This document shows, piece by piece, positions 28,013 through 41,000 of a stretch of 64,000 nt of DNA. Each line of letters opens with the position of its first letter. Positions within the stretch are counted from its first letter, which is position 1. The position numbers and the translations under genes are program-made. The DNA lies in contig JAQGDQ010000142.1 of assembly GCA_030141605.1 (NCBI GenBank), positions 124,001 to 188,000 on the forward strand, given 5' to 3'. Below the pieces are notes generated by a model. It worked only from the letters and a program-made list of their open reading frames with translations. It did not search any database and was not told the origin of the DNA. This stretch comes from Tubiluchus corallicola. Taxonomy: Eukaryota; Animalia; Priapulida.

Positions 28013-31000
28013 CGACTGAGTTTATTTTATATTGTCTACACTTAAGAGGTTAAATACGTGCCAGTATATTATACTTCACAGAATATTATTGTGCTGAATG
28101 ATCGTTAATCATAGAGTCCCCCCACCCCATGCAGCAGTCATGCACTCCCATTTAAATAATGCAGTACTGCGTTATATATACACGTTCTATGTGTTCTGAG
28201 TTCATGTATTTAGCAATTAAATCTCGACAGACTAAGGACAAATCTTTGTGCAAAGAACACTAAATCTAGCAGAGCTTTATTAAAATTCAGCGTAGCCGTG
28301 TTTAACTGTCAGATTACAAAGGTATTTGCCTTGTACCTGGCAGAGGTAAAAACGGAGGCGTGAACTTCCTAGTTAGAGCAGTCTCAAGCCAGGGCCATGA
28401 AACCATGAATGAATAACAGTTGACATTTTGAGTTATGCTTAACTTTAAGCAGAAGTCAGTAAAATTTAAAATATGGTTTAGGTTTTTAGGTTGAAAATCC
28501 TCATAAAATGACACACACTATAACGCTGCCCTTATTTTTGTGACGAAAGACTCTTGATGCTCTGATCCTTGTGATTAAGATATTTAATCACTATTCAATA
28601 TGTACATTGAATGGGCACTGCAATTAGATGCAAACTATGTGAGCAACAATGTTATTTTAACAAAATTCGTGTAATTTCGTTACGAAGGTTGTGTAACGGG
28701 GAGGTAAGAGGCAAATAGCCAAAATATTTGCTTGGTGGTTACGTTCTAGAATTGTTTAACTCTGTGTTAACATTCAGCGGTTTGTTCTTTAAACCAGTGT
28801 TGTTGGTTTGCAAACGCTTGTACTGTTATACTTGTATGTACTAAACGTTATTGACAATTGAAATGTTGTTTCGACAGTTGACTGACGTTTATTAAGGATC
28901 CGCTTTAATAAAAGTTTGATTACCCGTTATTGATTGGTGCAGATTTTTGGTTATGTAATCTACAGGTAAAAATACATCCACCAGTGCCGCTGAAAATTGA
29001 AATGCGTGTTAGTAATCTTCATGTTTATCTTTGTTTTAAAACAATACATTGCAGACGTACTGCAATAGCAAATGAGTTTGACACGAGTATTAACTTCAAA
29101 GTATTGCTGAAACAATACAGAATCTATCGTGCTTTCTATATTAATTTTAGAGTCACACAGCCTGCAGGGGGGGGGGCGTGATCAGAGCAGCGACTCGATT
29201 AAATCATTGTTCGATTCAAGATCCTGCAAGAAAACAAGAGTTCCAAGTTTTCTTTTGAATGTCGATTTACGTCATCTTGGATCATATTAGATTCCACTTT
29301 GTCTTTCAGGATAGCTCCTATGTGTTTTGCGAGGTTGAGGTCCGTTGAATTTCCTAGCTGTTCCATCCATGGAAGAAATCAATCCCAGTTTTCGAGTTGT
29401 TGCTCCGATCATGCACTTAAGACTGCAAGCAGTGCCAGATGCTCGAGGCTTCCTTACTAAATATTGAAGGCGTGATAGATTCTCTGTACTGTTTCAGTAG
29501 TACTTTGATGTAGTAAGTTGTTCTGTACGGTTACTGGTTTTTTATTCCCCTAGCAAAAGGTCTTGTAACAGCATGTATGTCTAATTCGTGTGCTCATTAT
29601 TGTAACTTACGCAGGCTAAGTTGGTAACTCGCATTATAAATGAGAGAGAGTTAGGTTTTGACCGTCCTATTACGTGTTTAGTGAGTTATTCAAATACCTT
29701 GAATTCTTTGGGTATTTTTTTCAGCGTGAAAGAAGCTTCTCAAACAAATTCCTTCACTGACAACGTTACAAAGATGACTTGATTCAATAAGCATGAAATT
29801 AATTTTATAGCGCTGGCCAATTACACCCCTCGCCAAGTATTTCCTCGAAATCACATCATTGGTTGCTTGCTTGTTGTTGGTAAATTTGGTATTGATTTTT
29901 GGTATAGTATCAATCGAGATTTATTTATTTTTTGTTATTTTGAGCAGTAAGTTAGGGAATTCCCGTGTTTTTTGGTTTTGTGACTTTCCAATAGAAATGC
30001 AACACGTTTCTCGTGACCTCATCCTCGAAGATTTTCCACGAAAGGATTGCTTCGAATCTTGCATGCAATGTGGTTATTAATATGAATGTCGTCTAAGGTC
30101 TTCATGGCGTGGTTTAGATAATGGTATTCCAATGTACTTGCAACGTTTAAAAAAGTTTGAGAAATACAATATTTTGCTTTCAATACTCTGTAAAGCTAAT
30201 GCAAACCTTGTTTGTGTTAATTGGAGGCAGACGATGTAAATAATTCAACGTCTGTTATCTCAATTGGCTTGCATCAGACGAAGTAAAACTATTACATCAC
30301 ATTTTGTCTTGACAATGAATAAATTATAACGGCGAGAATAATTTATGTTTATAGGAAGAAATAAAAGTCAAAGATAATTTCTCATTAGGATTCGCAAAGC
30401 ATTGACTGACGTTTCTTCATTTTTCAACCTCACTGTCACATATGTCGCACGCACTACATATAAAAAAGCTACTTACATATTAATTTAAGTAGGCCTACAA
30501 CTAGCTGTTGTATGTACTAGGGAAACTTAGGGATGTCATTGTTCGATATTGTTTACCTTTCGCAACAGCTAAGTATTCTCGACGGCATTACTATTAAACT
30601 TCATAACTCTATTATATAAAAGTTTTAAACCTTAATGCTAGCAGTAGTCTGCAATGATATCTTTGCTGTTGGTTTTATAGTAACTCAGACCACGATACCG
30701 CTGTGCATAATATATAATGCGATATTGATGTAATATCGTAACAAACGTTATTAGTTAGCTGCTGTCCAGGTGTTTTGACGTTTTATTACAATAGATTTGC
30801 GTCATAGTAGTCGAAAATAGAAGATTTCGCCAGTAGTATATCACTCGTGGGGATACTAATGGTCTACTAAAGAAGCATTGGAAGATATGTCATCCAGGCG
30901 CAATTATATACCGGCTACCAGGTGCCTTGTTTATTGCTGTGACGTCAAAACGTTGTTTCGGTCATGACAAATTCATTTATTAATGGTTCTGTAACAGAAA

Positions 31001-33302
31001 AAAAATCTTAGAGTCAATTAAAAATTAAAGGCGCAGGGGTAGATATTGATAGCATTTTTGGGTGACAAAGTAACAAAGCTGCTTTTATAGTGAGTGGATG
31101 AATGAGCGAATAAAACACGAATAATAGCCTAAGTAAATAAGAAAACTAGCTTGGGCAAATAAATGAATAAATTAATGAATGAGTGAGCGAATATGCTGTT
31201 GACAGACAAACAAACAGACGAATGAGCAACAAACAGAGGCACAAAATTTGCTGCACCGATGTCGTCTTAGTTACTCACATATATAAATGTCCCCAATTTT
31301 GAAATCACATTCATACAAATCATTTTTGAAGCACACGATTTCTGATCTTTTCTTCTTTATTATAAATTCAAATCTGTCTTTTCATTTTAGTAGCAATCTG
31401 TTTTTGACATTCTCGATTTTGTTTCTTTGTTGTTTTCCTCTCTGCACAGATTTAGAACGTTTAAAATTCTGTCACTTAATTACATATAAAATATCTTTCT
31501 ATTTGGGGAAGTTTTCATTTGCTTCCATTTTTACAGTTGAGAGGCCATTGATTATTTGAGCTGTTAGTTTGAAATTCGTCGACCTATGTAACAGCGCTAT
31601 ACTGTAATTACTGCAACAGTCTTAGTAATGGCTTAATGGGCGATAGAAAGTTAAACAGTATCCTGGTAGGAAAACTGAAAACAAGTTAACAACTTTTGCA
31701 ATTTTGAGTGCGCATCACGCAAGAGTTGTCTTCAAATTGCTTTGATTAGATACGACATTGCCACAGATGTACACTGTTATTTCATATTAAATTGATTTGT
31801 TTCTGGGGAAATGTTAGTCACGGTTATGCTTTAAAGATAAATAATACGAGCGAACTGAGGCAATAATACCGTGAATTGTTATTAGTTTTGGAAATTAGCG
31901 GCGTTAACCGGTTACTAAATTGAATTCAAATTATTTTCTAACTGGTTGCATAAATGCTATGATGGCTAAGCCGCCTGCAACTAAATGTAGGCTAAGCGGT
32001 GAATTTCCAAGTTATTGTAAACAGTAACCGTCGTTTTTATAGCACTAGTTTTGATTTTATATACGCATTCTCTATGTATCTGTCGCCTATTCTGTTAGAT
32101 GCAAGTGTACCTTGCACTCTCCGCTAGCTAAAGGCATTCATTATTAGGTGGAGGGAGTACCTGGCCTTCGTTGTGATGGGGTAATGAGTTACATCCGGAA
32201 ACAACCCGTCTAATAACCGCCATTCTATGCTTTGTTGATTTATAACGACGTTAGTGCATTGCAGAGACGTGTCAACAAAGACTTGTCAGCAGTGGGAATG
32301 ACCACACTAATGACAAGATGATGATGAACTTTATCTATCTGGGAATACTGAAGTTACCATGCTTGTTCATTTTGGCGATGTCCCACACTTCATATTCCCT
32401 GTTATTGTATTGTGTAATATTGTAAAAAATTTATTTTAATTTTATTAATACTCAATTAAATAATCAATTTACAGATAGTGGTACAAACATATTACAATAC
32501 TGTACATTACAACACAATAAAATATTATATTAAAAATAAATAAGATTTTTGAGTATTGGGGAGACACAAAGAGAAAAACTGCTTACATGTGCCTTTTATA
32601 TTTGAGAAAATGATTAAGATCAACTGAGCACAGTCTTCTGCAGAACAATTTAAAATTTGCTGCTGTCACAAGCAGAGAACCACTCACAGTGTAAACAATC
32701 TGGTTTGGAAAAAATGGTCCAAACTGTTTTTTATTTGTTCTTTGTACAAAACGTTTTAACCCATGGTTACTTTGCGTACAATCAGATGATGCCTCACTAA
32801 AAAACTTTTCAGAACTGTATTTCTGAAACATTGTTGTACCGTACATTTCTATATTTCTTTTTTCGCGAAACTACAAAAATAGTTCACGAAATTTCCAGCA
32901 ATCCGAACTTGTCATTAATTATTACTTAAGGTAATGTTCTAGTAAAAGTGTATTCGAGGTTGCTCAGCTTAGTACTTAGTGTCTGGTTAAAGAGGATCTG
33001 TTCCATTAAGCATTAAGGAGCTATATCTTGGTTTATGTTTAATTATTAATGCGCTCTTTCTCGTAGAAAATAAGCATGGTTATCTGGTCTATGAATAATT
33101 GATTAATGGATCAGTGAAAATGTCTGGGCGCTTGTGCAGTCTCATTTCTTTCGCTGGTTTTACTAGGCACTGTTTTAATGGATTTTGATGAATTATGTAT
33201 AGTGTTTATTCTTAACACAACCTATTTTTAATATACGTTTGCAATTCTCAATGACGTAATATACTTTTTAAATCTTTTAAGGGGGTGGGGGTGGGGGTGG
33301 GT

Positions 33303-33994
33303 TTAAATTAAATACTGAAAAAATAGGAAAATTCTGAAAAATTCGTAGCTTTGCGAGATTTGAATTCGGTGACTTCTTTGTACCAACAACCCCACAGAGA
33401 CATTGTTGAATTGTTGAACGTAGTCCTCGTTGTTAGCTGACGATGTACAGCCGAAACGGAGGAACTTGCTTGTAAGTGAGCATGCTGTACTACGACTCCG
33501 TGAGCGCATAATTAATTAACTAATTAATGTGAATTGGGAATTTTAGCTACCATATTAACATTTTTTTCAGTTCTCAGACGGTTCAGTGAATGTGGCGAAA
33601 ATTGACATTTATAAGTTAATTAATTTCGAAATTAAAGTGTTAAAGTGTTAAAGGGTTAAATTAAATACTGAGAAAAATAGGAAAATTCTGAAAAATTTGT
33701 AGATTTGCTAGATTTGAATTCGGTGACTTCTTTGTACCAACAACCCCACAGAGACATTGTTGAATTGTTGAACGTAGTCCTCGTTGTTAGCTGACGATGT
33801 ACAGCCGAAACGGAGGAACTTGCTTGTAAGTGAGCATGCTGTATTACGACTCCGTGAGCGCATAATTAATTAACTAATTAATGTGAATTGGGAATTTTAG
33901 CTACTATATTAACATTTTTTTCAGTTCTCAGACGGTTCAGTGAATGTGGCGAAAATTGACATTTTAAGTTAATTAATTTCGAAATTAAAGTGTT
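33303..33994. repeat. Recent ~340-bp direct tandem duplication
   Basis: 33303-33641 and 33656-33994 are nearly identical, with a few substitutions and indels. Confidence 0.95.
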
Positions 33995-34767
33995 GCTAAT
34001 AGCCTCTACCTCCTTGTTATTAACTTGACGCAACCATTAATTACAATCTTGTTATCACGGTATCACCCAACCACCGATATTCTTTAATCCCTTTTACTCT
34101 TTCATCACTCACTTCTGTCTTTTGTTTTTCAGTCGGTTGAACTTCTAAGTACTGCAAGTCATCTGTGTCGTGCCGATTTGTACGTCACATGTGCATTTTG
34201 TCTTTCTTTTTCTATTGATTTTACTTTTCTTTCTTCGCCTCTTTGCTTCCAATTTTGTTCATTTTTTACTCAAATGTTGTTGAACGCCCCTAATCCACTT
34301 TCTTTTAGTTCGTTGATTGATTTAGTGTGACTCTTGCACCTGCGTCTGCTTAATAATTCACTATTAGGTAACAAGTAGATCCAAAAGGAGAACTTCTTAT
34401 AGCAGAGGGAAATCTTCTGCTTCAGAGATTGCCAGAATGGCTAGCACAGATCTCGTCACTTCGATATAGCTGTTCTCGATAAAACACATTGCAAGAGATG
34501 TATAGCAGCTTCCATATGGGGTCACTTTTCAGCGTCTTTTCATTATATTAATTGTTTCTATACGTGTTCTTCTCTTGATCTTGTAGAATTAAACTTGCCC
34601 TTTTACACGAAAATTACTTAGATCTGTGTACAATTATATACCAAGTTATGCCTGATGCTTTGTGCAAGGCTAATTACAGTACGATTGTGCTGTATTTATA
34701 TATATTTGTGAAAACTAATGAATCAATGTGCACTAAGTCAGTCTTTAAATGGGTTTTTGTTTTGCAG

Positions 34768-34894
34768 GTTATCCCACAGACGGAGCCACCCGAGTGCGAA
34801 GAAACAGAAGACAGCACAACAAAGATGCCCCCATTAACCCCCACCGACACAGAACGACAAGATTCATCTGATTCTGACGAACCCACTGACTTGA
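34768..34894 (+). CDS. PLEKHG5: Coding exon, acidic/Pro-rich N-terminal region (VIPQTEPPECEETEDSTTKMPPLTPTDTERQDSSDSDEPTDL), phase 0 to 1
   Basis: Acceptor tttttgttttgcag; GC-richer, protein-like 127 nt; donor TTGA|gtgaga. The leftover A plus GC of the next exon gives Ser in frame. I recognise no homology for this exon itself. Confidence 0.72.
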
Positions 34895-34920
34895 GTGAGA
34901 ACTATTCCTCATTTCCTTAA

Positions 34921-35330
34921 AAGATAAAGATAAAAATAAAACCAGAGAAAAGGCAGAGTAAGCAGTAGAGACACAGATAGCGACAGATAGAGACAGAGAC
35001 AGAGCTAGAGATAAAGAGAGACAGCCAGAGATAAATATAATAAACGGAGATTAAGTATGAGCAAATGACAAACAAGATAAAAGGTAAAGACAAGTGCAAA
35101 GGTAAAGAACGAACGTAAAGATGAAGATGAGGATGAGGGTGAGAGTGGGGGTGAGGATGAAGAGAGGGTAATGACGAGGATGAAGATGAGGATGAAGATG
35201 AGGATAAGGATGAGGGTGAGGGTGAGGTTGAGGATAAGGATGAGGGTGGGTTGAGGATGAGGATGAAGAAGAGGATGAGGAAGAGAATGAGGATAAGAAG
35301 GATAAGGATAAAGTTAAAGATCAAGACAAG
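34921..35330. repeat. Purine-rich low-complexity tract (AGAGAC / GAGGAT-type hexamers)
   Basis: Seen directly; starts right after the 34768 exon. Confidence 0.85.
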
Positions 35331-37329
35331 CATCATGCACGTACTTTTCTAACTGTTATTTGATCGTAAAGTGAGTTTACTTCTTATGTAAGTAATTAAT
35401 TGTCGCGGAGATTAATTAATGACGCTTTATTTACGTTTACAATTTTATAAACTGCTGTGTCATTTGCCTATTATAGTACAGGCTTGGATTATTTCATGTT
35501 TTTGTGTATTTCTAAGTTGTAATTACCTCAATATGTAAACCAGATACTGCGATATTGTACATCAAAGTAAAGCTAATTAGCATCTTTAACCTAAGCATAC
35601 ATACCTATAGCTTAGCTCATTTATTATTAATTACTAATTTTTAGGCTGTTTAAAAACTTAAAAACATTAAGAGGAAGCGTACTATAGGCATAATTGATAA
35701 AAAACTGCTGAACTTCAAAGTTAAAGTAACTGTTATTCGCTAATTGTACCCAAATCGCATGTTTTATTTAAAGGCGTTTGTAGTCTACATATTAGAGTAA
35801 CTTTACCGCTAAAGAGAGGTTTTATGGAGTCGTTTGCACTATTCAGATGTTAATAAGAACCCAGTTATTCGCCTAAAGCGGGCGTAAAAATGTCTTTGTG
35901 AAAATACGAACAACTACATGAAAACGTACAGCATACAAAGTTTGGTAAATCTACTTCCTGTTAATAAGGGTTCCCTCAGCGGTTTCTTATAGACTATTGC
36001 ATTTTGCTCGAGGTAATGAAGAACGGGTGTACTAACGAATAAAACAAAAGAGTGTCCCTGCGTTTTATGCCGTAGAGCAAGACTTAAAAACAACTAAAGT
36101 AATGATCACTTGCCCTGTTAAGTGAAGATAAATCTTTATGATTGCTTTTTTAAATTTCATTCTTTGGATTATCCATATAAAATCAAAGTAAAATACACAA
36201 TGAAATACATACGTTAAAAGTTCCTAATGCAATATTTATACTTTTGGTTTAAGATTTCATCTTAGTTATAGACACGTTGGATCATTTTTAAAAGTTGCTC
36301 TTAACCCTTTACATGACCAGTTTAAGTGTGTCATGTTCCACATGTTAAACATTACCTTTTACGGTTTTAGGTGTAAAATTACCACTTGATAATCTTCAAC
36401 ACCATATAAGTTATTTTCGTTTTATCGTTCACGTATGTACTATTATTGTTAACTATTAGATAAACAAGTTTCCAGTTATTAAATTTTTCAATTTTTATTC
36501 AGGGTGGAGAAAGTTTAATATTTGATTGATGACTGACATATTGACTGCATGTTTAAATAGTTTTTATAATCAAATGTATAAAATCGAGTGTGCATTTACA
36601 ATGTAGTTTGTCTTCTTTAACTAACTGGTGGTCTGACAGAACGAGAAAGGGTAAAATACATTGACATTTGGGCGCAGAATATCTGTAACCATGTTTAGCA
36701 AAACCTGCGGGCACTTCGCGGAATTAAATTGCAGTCTTATACAGTGTAATAGAGGTTGAATAACCTTACCAAATTTATAATAATTCATTTCGGGAATGTA
36801 ATATAACAGGACTCAGACACTGCTGAAGTTAAGTTTACTTACAATGGAAGATTACCGAGGTCTTTGATAATTGAGTTGAAAATAATTTATGAGCTTAGAG
36901 ATTGAACTATTGAAGTTATTTTAACCCAAGGTTTACAATTATTTTACGTTGACTGAATAGCTACTGCATGTATTTTTATTGTGGTTATGTCGACGTAAAT
37001 TAACTACAGACATTTTATTGATTTTTATTTCGTGCAATTTCACAGGGTTGACAGACTGGTTTAACTAGTGGCTGTTGGATCGTGGCTTGTTGAGCTAATA
37101 TTTGGCGAAACTCTATAAGCTATTTTTAGGAGGGTTTCTTTACATATTTAACGGGCGTCGCCTTCACCTTAAAAAGTGGAGAGGAATATGCCATCCTCAC
37201 TTTTGTAGGATCTATTAAATGGTGGTCTTGATAGCAGTAGATGATAGCAGCAAAATTTAATATGACGTGACGGTCAGGTTGGTGGTTTACATGCTGGCGG
37301 TAATGCTGATGGTGATGTGATGGCAAGGA

Positions 37330-37660
37330 CTTGATGCGAGCTCTTGATGATGAAGACGATAGTGAAGATAGTGGTAGTGTTAGAACTGAAAGCCGTGACG
37401 ATAATTTAGTGCGAGATTGTAGTTATGATGTGAAGGTGATAGTGATGTGTTGGCAGCGTAATGACAAGGAAATTATTGTGATGATCATCATGGTAATGAT
37501 GATCACAACAATGATGATAATAATAACGAACACGACGGTCGATCACAACAATGACAGTGATGATGATGATTACGATGATGATAACATTGCTCATGTTGAA
37601 GCGATTACATCCATACCAGTTGACGACATTAATTACAATGGATGACTACAATAACGTTGA
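37330..37660. repeat. Degenerate (GAT)n low-complexity tract
   Basis: Trinucleotide periodicity (gat/gac/aat). Confidence 0.7.
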
Positions 37661-37845
37661 CGTTATTCCTTATTTTATTGTTTTTGGCGGCAGTTGATAA
37701 TAGTCTACTCTAGACTCTAGTGTACATGAATCAAATAAATGAATATTATGGCGATGGGGATGAATTTAAGAAAGCCGCTGAAGCACTTGACGATGGCGAC
37801 GACTGAAGATCAATGAGTTAATGAACGATCTTGTTGTTGTTGTAG

Positions 37846-38026
37846 GCAATGATGCTGCCAGCAAGGAAACTACTGTGGCAAGGAACGTGTCTTCAGTATC
37901 AACGAAATCAATGCCACTTCCCACTACGAACGAGGATGGACTGTCTGATGTCGATACAGTGGATAATTTGCCTGTCATTAGACGACACAGGCATCAGTAT
38001 AGCATGGACGAGTCCATTTTACACAG
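37846..38026 (+). CDS. PLEKHG5: Coding exon (NDAASKETTVARNVSSVSTKSMPLPTTNEDGLSDVDTVDNLPVIRRHRHQYSMDESILH), phase 1 to 2
   Basis: Acceptor ttgttgttgttgtag, donor CACAG|gtattt, 181 nt. Contains an ARNVS..STKS motif resembling PLEKHG5 ARNVSTRS. Confidence 0.85.
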
Positions 38027-41000
38027 GTATTTTCAACATTGTTTTTATTTATTATGTAATGATTAATTTAAATGAATCAGTACAATCATTTAGAGCGTCT
38101 AACAACGTACTGTCTCGATCTTTAGAAGTCATAAGTTAACTCTTTAGCTTTTGTCGAAGCCTTATTTTTTTGTTTTTGAAGCAATTCAACAGCTGTTACA
38201 ATAGCGATGTTAGATTAAATATTTTTTTCCAAGTACGAATGCATTCATTTTTAATTACAATTCTTAGTTTCTGTGTTACTTTTCATTTTTGCAATTTTCG
38301 TCAATATGCCTGTGTGTTTTGTAACGAGTAAATTTTTTCGAGGCTTATAGATAGAAGCACTAGCCTGTCATTACTTGAATTACACTAAAATATGGATCGT
38401 GGAGAGAGTTTCATTTTGTAGATGGAACCCAGCGAGTTTTTTCTCGTTATTTGTATTTCGATCATTGTGCTTCGAGGCCATTATATGTTTGCCGTCTTTT
38501 GTCAGCTGCTTGCTGTAAGACTCCCTTGAACTGATTCTCTTTTTGCATTGCTTACATTTGCATAAAGAATGCATACTGCTCCCTTTTTGGCTCTTTATGC
38601 AGTGTATCAATTTTAGCTGTTTGTTGTTATTTTTAAAAAAGCGTGACCTTACTTTGCACCGAAATAGAAAATTGACACACTTTTAGTACTGGGCATGCTT
38701 TCAGTTTTTCGAGGAAAATAAATTGATAACACGTTTGTAATTTATGGAGAAAATCTATTTCAAAAAATGGACCCCTTCTAAAACGCTTAGAATAAAGAGG
38801 TCAGCTTCGGAGAGGAGATAATAGAGTGGACACGGTGTATGGTTGTTTACTTAGTGGCCGAAGTTACACAATCACTTCTGACAATTTTACTAAGACATAG
38901 CATTATACGTGTTAGCCATTAGGCTTGATTATGCAGTTCAGTCTATAAGCTATACTTGTAATGAAAATACTCACTCGTTTACTTGCTTACTTACTTGCTT
39001 GCATGCTTACTTCCTTACTCATTTGCTTATACAATAACTAATTTACCCCACTCTGGTTATTGTATACTGTGCAATAATATTGTTAGATTTTTGACCTTGA
39101 ATGTTTTTCGATTTATAGGTTTCAAAACTAAGTTTCTTGCTTAGTATAAAATTGTATGGTTTATAAAACTAGATAAACAAGCAAAATTATAGCCGAGCAA
39201 TTCGTGTTTGCTTCTGGCAATTATCATCAAAATTTTTAAAAATTTAAGTCATCTAAGTTCAAGCAAGTCAAACATTACAGCCCCATTCATTTTACAATTT
39301 TACAACCAGTCATTTTGAACTTTGAGAATATAAATTTTAAGAAAATTCGTTTCCATGTATAATTATATTCCTACGTTTAATAGTTTTATTTTTCCATTCT
39401 TCAATGTGGTGGCGCAATTTAATAATCCTTTATTATACAGACGTGCTGATCCAGTACGTTTCTGAATGGTAGATGGCGCCACAGGGTCGAAATTATGCTC
39501 GATATACAATATACATGGTGGTAGGCTTGTGGTTAGAAACTCCTGGATTTAAGCTAGTAGTTTTTGTCGCTGGGTGGCGGTAGAGTGTCCGTGGCCACCC
39601 AGTGTGCCTCAAAACAGGGCGTAAAAGTTTCTGAACCAAATTTCGCAGAGGAAATAAAAATATACTGTTTTTTTAATGTTGACTTTATCATGTAAAATTC
39701 TACATAGTTCATTGGAAATTAAGTATTGATAACCATGTTGTGACCATTTTAAAAATTAGTGTTATTCGACATGATAATTAGGCTGCCTCTGTCAGTTGTA
39801 ACTTAATCTGGATTAAGTGTCACATAAAAATGAGAAAAATGAGAATGATCTTTTTTGCCATATTAACTTGTAATTCAATAAAATTACGTAACAAATTTTG
39901 CCGTGTTCCCTAGATGTCCATTAGGGCTTATTGTTTTTTGTTGTGAGAAAAATTGGAATGCTTAATTAAGATAGACGCTACCAATTGGACAATGCCGTTA
40001 ATTCGTGAAATTATGCAGTTTATTTTTAAGACTTGCGTTAAAAGCTTCTAGAATAGGTTTTTAGATGCCCGGTCACACCCCGTATATTGATGGTCAATGT
40101 GTCTTTTTTGTGAGACATGTGAAATTGCTTTCACTTAATTAGTACTAGGCGCCTGAAATAAATTCACTGGACTGGGGAATAAGGTGTAGAACCGAGCATT
40201 ACAGGATTAACCTCATACGTCTTGAACTTATGTTTTTCCGATAAAGAATACTATTGTAGCTTATACTGCGTGGCAATTGAAAAATTTATCTACGGGTAAG
40301 AATGCACAAATTATTAAATAGTTTAATTCAGATGGGAATTAATAGGCTGAAAGTGTGTCAAATCTGACCTAGGCTCAATGAAAGCATGACTTTTCTGGCC
40401 CACATTCTCCTAATACGAACCTACATTTGTACTGCAGTTAATTCTTGTTGTGTAAAGTTAGGATCACAGAACTTTACATAAATCACGTGACCTGGGCCAA
40501 AGCTGCTGTCTAATGAAACAAGTTAAACACCCCCACTGTTTTCCTAGTGGATTATTTGCGCAAAATGAATGAATGCCTTGCGATTTGCGACCAATTTGCA
40601 ACATTTTCGCTTTTGATGAGTTTTTGACTAAGTAGATTAGTGATTGGGGTAGTGACCTCGCATTATTATCAAAGTGTTGATTAAGTCTGGTATAGCACGT
40701 GTACATAAATCATTTTGTAAGTCTATTTATGACGGAAACTGGAAGATATAATATTGATGGATGCGCTTGAGAGATGAGATCGCTTACTGGCTTTGCAATA
40801 TATATAACTGGAGTAGCTTGCATGAGCTTATTGTTCTCTATAATAAAAATGTAATGCCTACTTCATAGGGACACTTCTAACGCTGTCCAGTTAGTTTGTC
40901 TTGTGGCAATCTTGATGTAAACGCCTAGCTTCAATTGCAATTAGCTTAAGAGCTGCCACCGTTTTGTTGGATCAAAGTGACCTAGCTGGAGTCATGAAAA

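Noticed and set aside
29310-29512. Exon-like segment with ctttcag acceptor and gtaagt donor
   Set aside because: All three frames contain stops. At most an untranslated exon, with no further support.
34917-35336. 139-aa minus ORF and apparent poly-Glu/Asp coding on the plus strand
   Set aside because: Purine-rich low-complexity intron sequence; plus frames contain stops and no usable splice sites.
37331-37645. 104-aa Asp/Met/Ile-rich ORF
   Set aside because: Degenerate (GAT)n tract without a convincing acceptor or donor.
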